Part shown: positions 61,129-64,000 of the stretch, piece after piece
Numbering within the stretch: position 1 is the stretch's first letter
Layout of the letters: each line of letters starts with the position of its first letter
Source of the DNA: a virus
Taxonomy: Duplodnaviria > Caudoviricetes
Length of the DNA: 64,000 bases
Reading direction: 5' to 3' (one strand)
IMG/VR virus record: IMGVR_UViG_3300014039_000013
Location: 32,001-96,000 of that record
Notes under the pieces: model-generated
What the model was told of the DNA's origin: nothing
What the model saw: the letters and a program-made list of their open reading frames with translations, nothing else
Databases searched by the model: none
Translations under genes and position numbers: made by a program

Positions 61129-61552
61129 TTAATGTATTATCACAAATTTTATTTAAAAATTTACCAAGTAAATTATTATTAGAACTATCGTAAACATCAT
61201 TCCAGTTTCCTTTTTGATAAATCCATAATAAATCTTTAGCGGAAATATTTCTTGAAATAAATCTATAATTATATTTACGATTTTTATTTATTTCATATTT
61301 ACCAATTTTCAAATAGATATGATTACAGGAATATTCTCCATTTGAAAATATACCATGTTTAGATCTATTGATAATTTTACGTTCTACATTATAAAATATG
61401 TTATCGTCATCAGCAAATACAACCGAATATGAAATATTATGTTGTTCGCAATATCTAACTAAAGCATATGTTATATAACAACAGCCACCGTGATTAATTT
61501 TTAATATAGAATTTAATTTGGTAAAAAAATCATTCAATAAATTAATCTGCAT
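61121..61552 (-). CDS. Hypothetical protein (INHGGC..H, possible papain-like Cys/His pair)
   Basis: 143-aa ORF; the fold call is speculative. Confidence 0.55.
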   Translation of the reverse strand: MQINLLNDFFTKLNSILKINHGGCCYITYALVRYCEQHNISYSVVFADDDNIFYNVERKIINRSKHGIFSNGEYSCNHIYLKIGKYEINKNRKYNYRFISRNISAKDLLWIYQKGNWNDVYDSSNNNLLGKFLNKICDNTLNV

Positions 61553-61823
61553 TTACTAAATATTCAATTTTATTATATTCTTGTTTATAGTCTTTAATAT
61601 ATTGTTTCAAAGATATAATAGAATTAGAATCATATTTATTATTAATTCTATGAATAATAATTTTTTTAATTGCATGTTCTAATGTTATACCATATCCGCA
61701 ATTTTTAAATTCTTTTCTTGCATCTTTTGATTTAGCTTTAACTATATATAATAATTCTAAATCAAACAAACAAGCAGAATTAACTACAGGATATAATTTA
61801 AAATCTTCTTCTGCGATAATCAT
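61542..61823 (-). CDS. Hypothetical protein
   Basis: 93-aa ORF. Confidence 0.65.
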   Translation of the reverse strand: MIIAEEDFKLYPVVNSACLFDLELLYIVKAKSKDARKEFKNCGYGITLEHAIKKIIIHRINNKYDSNSIISLKQYIKDYKQEYNKIEYLVNAD

Positions 61824-61960
61824 TTTAAATAATTTTAACGAGTTTTAATAGATCCTGGTCTTTTTCTAGATGCCTTTTCTCTTTCTGGAAGTTTTTCATA
61901 CCAATTAAGCTTTTGTTCAAGCCATTTTCTTTTGTTTTTAGCTTTCATAATAATAAAATT

Positions 61961-62386
61961 TTAATCAGCCCAAGACTGAGATTTATAATAAAGAATTAAA
62001 TTATATAAATGCAATATTTTATCTCTATAAAGTTCTTCTTTTACAAATAAACTAGGGTTTATTTTTACACTTATAATTTCTTTTTTAGAATTTATATATT
62101 CAAAACTGTCTTCTGTTTTGAACAATGACTCTTGTTCATATTTAGAAAGGTTAAATCTCTTATAATTTCTAGTATTAATATATTTAGATATTCCTCCATT
62201 TATAAATTTATTTAGAAGATTAATACATATATTAATATCTCTACAAATAATAGAACCGTCTATATATTTATTTTGTTTAAAATAATTATACATTTGTTCT
62301 AGTTTATAAAGCTGAATTTCATAAAAGAACATATAATCCCAATCATAGTTCTTTCTTAAAAGTCTTCTTATTTTTTTGTCTTTCAT
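61961..62386 (-). CDS. Hypothetical protein (start moved to ATG 62386)
   Basis: The track's extra N-terminus runs through a terminator; DWDYMF..SWAD. Confidence 0.65.
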   Translation of the reverse strand: MKDKKIRRLLRKNYDWDYMFFYEIQLYKLEQMYNYFKQNKYIDGSIICRDINICINLLNKFINGGISKYINTRNYKRFNLSKYEQESLFKTEDSFEYINSKKEIISVKINPSLFVKEELYRDKILHLYNLILYYKSQSWAD

Positions 62387-62396
62387 AATTATAAAT

Positions 62397-62426
62397 AAAA
62401 ATAGCCGAGCAAAACGCCCGGCTATT
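62397..62426 (-). terminator. Intrinsic terminator after rnhA
   Basis: Minus strand AAUAGCCGGGC/GCUCGGCUAUU stem followed by a U tract. Confidence 0.75.
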
Positions 62427-62817
62427 AACATTGAATATGACTTGCATGTACTGCTAATCTATCACAAAGGTTATTGTATTCATTATTAGCGTGACCTTTT
62501 ACATGTTGCCAATCAATGCTATATTTACCAACAATTTTATCAAAACGATTCCACAAATCAAGATTTTTTCTACGTTGCCAATTAAGTGTAGCAGTTCCTA
62601 TAACATACATACTATCACTATATATAATAATTTTATCAGATTTTTTAATAGATTCTAAAGCTAATATAACAGCTAACATTTCCATTCGATTATTAGTTGT
62701 ATTTTTATAAGCTTTACTAAATTGAGCTATTATTTTATCATCTTTTAAAATTACAAATGCACAACCACCTTGATTTCGTTTATTACTATAAGCACCATCA
62801 GTATATATTTTATACAT
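62425..62817 (-). CDS. rnhA: Ribonuclease HI
   Basis: YTDGA, TNNRMEM, YSDSMY, NLDLW, HVKGH..N..CD.LA. Confidence 0.93.
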   Translation of the reverse strand: MYKIYTDGAYSNKRNQGGCAFVILKDDKIIAQFSKAYKNTTNNRMEMLAVILALESIKKSDKIIIYSDSMYVIGTATLNWQRRKNLDLWNRFDKIVGKYSIDWQHVKGHANNEYNNLCDRLAVHASHIQC

Positions 62818-62910
62818 ATACCAAATCTTTTAAAGAATCAAATAATTCTTTTAAGAGATTATTCATTTTAAATTCTAGATCATTAACAAATTCATCTGTC
62901 CATTTATCAA

Positions 62911-63297
62911 TCATAATGTATTATAAATTGTGTTTATACGATTTATATAAAGTGGATCAGAAGCATATCCTATTCTTTTTAAGAATGAAGTATATTTTTC
63001 TCCAACTTTATATCTTGATTGTATTTTATCTTTATACATCTTTACAGAATAACTCCAATGCGGAAATCTATAAAGCCCATGAGAATGGGAAAGTCCGAAT
63101 AAATTATTATGTTTTTTACTAGGTTTTAAGCCACACTCTTGGATGGCTTGTGCTAATACATATTTTTTATTGTGTATGTTATGATATTTACATACTAAAA
63201 TTATGTTTTCTTTTGTTGGCTTTAAATGTTCAAATTGTTTTTGTCCAAACATTAAATTACTAATAAAAAACATAATTACTAATAAGTAATTTTTCAT
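62911..63297 (-). CDS. Glucosaminidase (GH73-like) peptidoglycan hydrolase with a signal peptide
   Basis: AQAIQECG, NNLFGL, GYASDPLY; hydrophobic N-terminus. Confidence 0.78.
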   Translation of the reverse strand: MKNYLLVIMFFISNLMFGQKQFEHLKPTKENIILVCKYHNIHNKKYVLAQAIQECGLKPSKKHNNLFGLSHSHGLYRFPHWSYSVKMYKDKIQSRYKVGEKYTSFLKRIGYASDPLYINRINTIYNTL

Positions 63298-63695
63298 TAT
63301 TTAAATAAATCACGATTCTGGATTAGATTATATAAAGATTTTCCAATCCATTCCACAAGAGGTTCATTTGCAGATTCTGTATCATATTGTCCTTCACTTA
63401 ATATAACGTGTACTAATTCATGATAAAGAGTTCTACTTTGAGTTATTAATGGTATTGGGCTTCCATTTAATTTTGTAGCTATCCAAATTTCTCTTTTGTC
63501 ATAATGTGTTTGGCCAAAGAAAAAATTATCTTTATTACTTGGTATTTCGTCTACATATTTAATTACCCAATTTACATCTAAATATTTAAAAGGTATATTT
63601 TTAATTATTTTCAACTTTTGTGAATTGGCCATAAGTATGATTATTAATAATTGGTTTGTGGTTTTGAGGATGTAACATTTCTGTTCCATCTTCAT
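63297..63695 (-). CDS. HExxH metallopeptidase-like protein (true start may be MANSQ)
   Basis: RTLYHELVHVIL..E motif. Confidence 0.65.
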   Translation of the reverse strand: MKMEQKCYILKTTNQLLIIILMANSQKLKIIKNIPFKYLDVNWVIKYVDEIPSNKDNFFFGQTHYDKREIWIATKLNGSPIPLITQSRTLYHELVHVILSEGQYDTESANEPLVEWIGKSLYNLIQNRDLFK

Positions 63696-63822
63696 TAAGT
63701 ATTAGAATTTTACAAAAAGAATTTCTTACTTCTTGTATAATTCCTTTATGATTTAAATCATTTGTATGTGTTCTAGTAATTTTAACTTTATCACCTACAT
63801 TCCAAAGTTTCCAATTTTTCAT
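63601..63822 (-). CDS. Small KOW/SH3-like protein
   Basis: VGDKVKI..KGIIQEV. Confidence 0.5.
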   Translation of the reverse strand: MKNWKLWNVGDKVKITRTHTNDLNHKGIIQEVRNSFCKILILNEDGTEMLHPQNHKPIINNHTYGQFTKVENN

Positions 63823-64000
63823 TTAATATAAAATTTTGATAAAATCCAATAAATAATTTTTCTATACCATAGTTCATTATCTAAGTCTACATCTTTTGTA
63901 TGTTTTCTAAATAAATGTAAATCGTATAAAAGATTATGAGCTTTCCATTCATTTATTAAACTTGACATAGAACGTTTATTTACTATATAATCATTTAATA
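63819..64000 (-). CDS. Partial hypothetical protein, truncated by the window end
   Basis: Open frame ..RSMSSLINEWKAHNLLY..TKDVDLD..; TGA at 63819-63821. Confidence 0.55.
   Translation of the reverse strand, partial: LNDYIVNKRSMSSLINEWKAHNLLYDLHLFRKHTKDVDLDNELWYRKIIYWILSKFYIK

Noticed and set aside
62387-62431. Track start of the 61961-62431 ORF
   Set aside because: The extension runs through the rnhA terminator hairpin; ATG 62386 is more plausible.
15811-63122. Short plus-strand ORFs within the minus-strand module (for example 19380, 53447, 58660, 62757)
   Set aside because: Antisense to well-supported genes and lacking motifs or operon context.
1-64000. Suppressor tRNA or other tRNA genes
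   Set aside because: No cloverleaf with a T-loop consensus was recognised by eye; a tRNA scan is needed to exclude one.

Overview
AT-rich segment of a crAss-like phage (Crassvirales-type; host probably Bacteroidota, inferred from gene content). It has two convergent blocks that meet at a bidirectional terminator (about 14055-14102). (1) Plus strand, 1-14054: three coupled, probably virion-packaged genes in which TAG encodes Gln: a partial multisubunit-type RNA polymerase (DMDID motif), a zincin HExxH protein, and a 1588-aa protein with a PD-(D/E)xK domain and a hydrophobic C-terminus. The ORF track shows these only as same-frame fragments. (2) Minus strand, 14101-64000: a mostly standard-code accessory/replication module with ThyX (HNH intein), family B DNA polymerase, sigma-70 factor, ATP-dependent ligase, dUTPase, helicases, nrdD/nrdG, primase, DnaB, AAA ATPase, ferritin, RNase H and a glucosaminidase. 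I mapped nine group I introns by hand: seven in nrdD, one in polB and one in dut. Most notable observations: a few minus-strand genes, mostly nucleases (including the Holliday junction resolvase), carry 5'-proximal TAG codons that could gate them to the late, amber-suppressed phase; the virion genes are joined by near-identical Cys-stop/Met-x-Cys-Val junctions; and a roughly 310-nt highly structured non-coding element lies at about 50490-50800. All coordinates and translations beyond the ORF track were worked out by hand, and no database searches were run.
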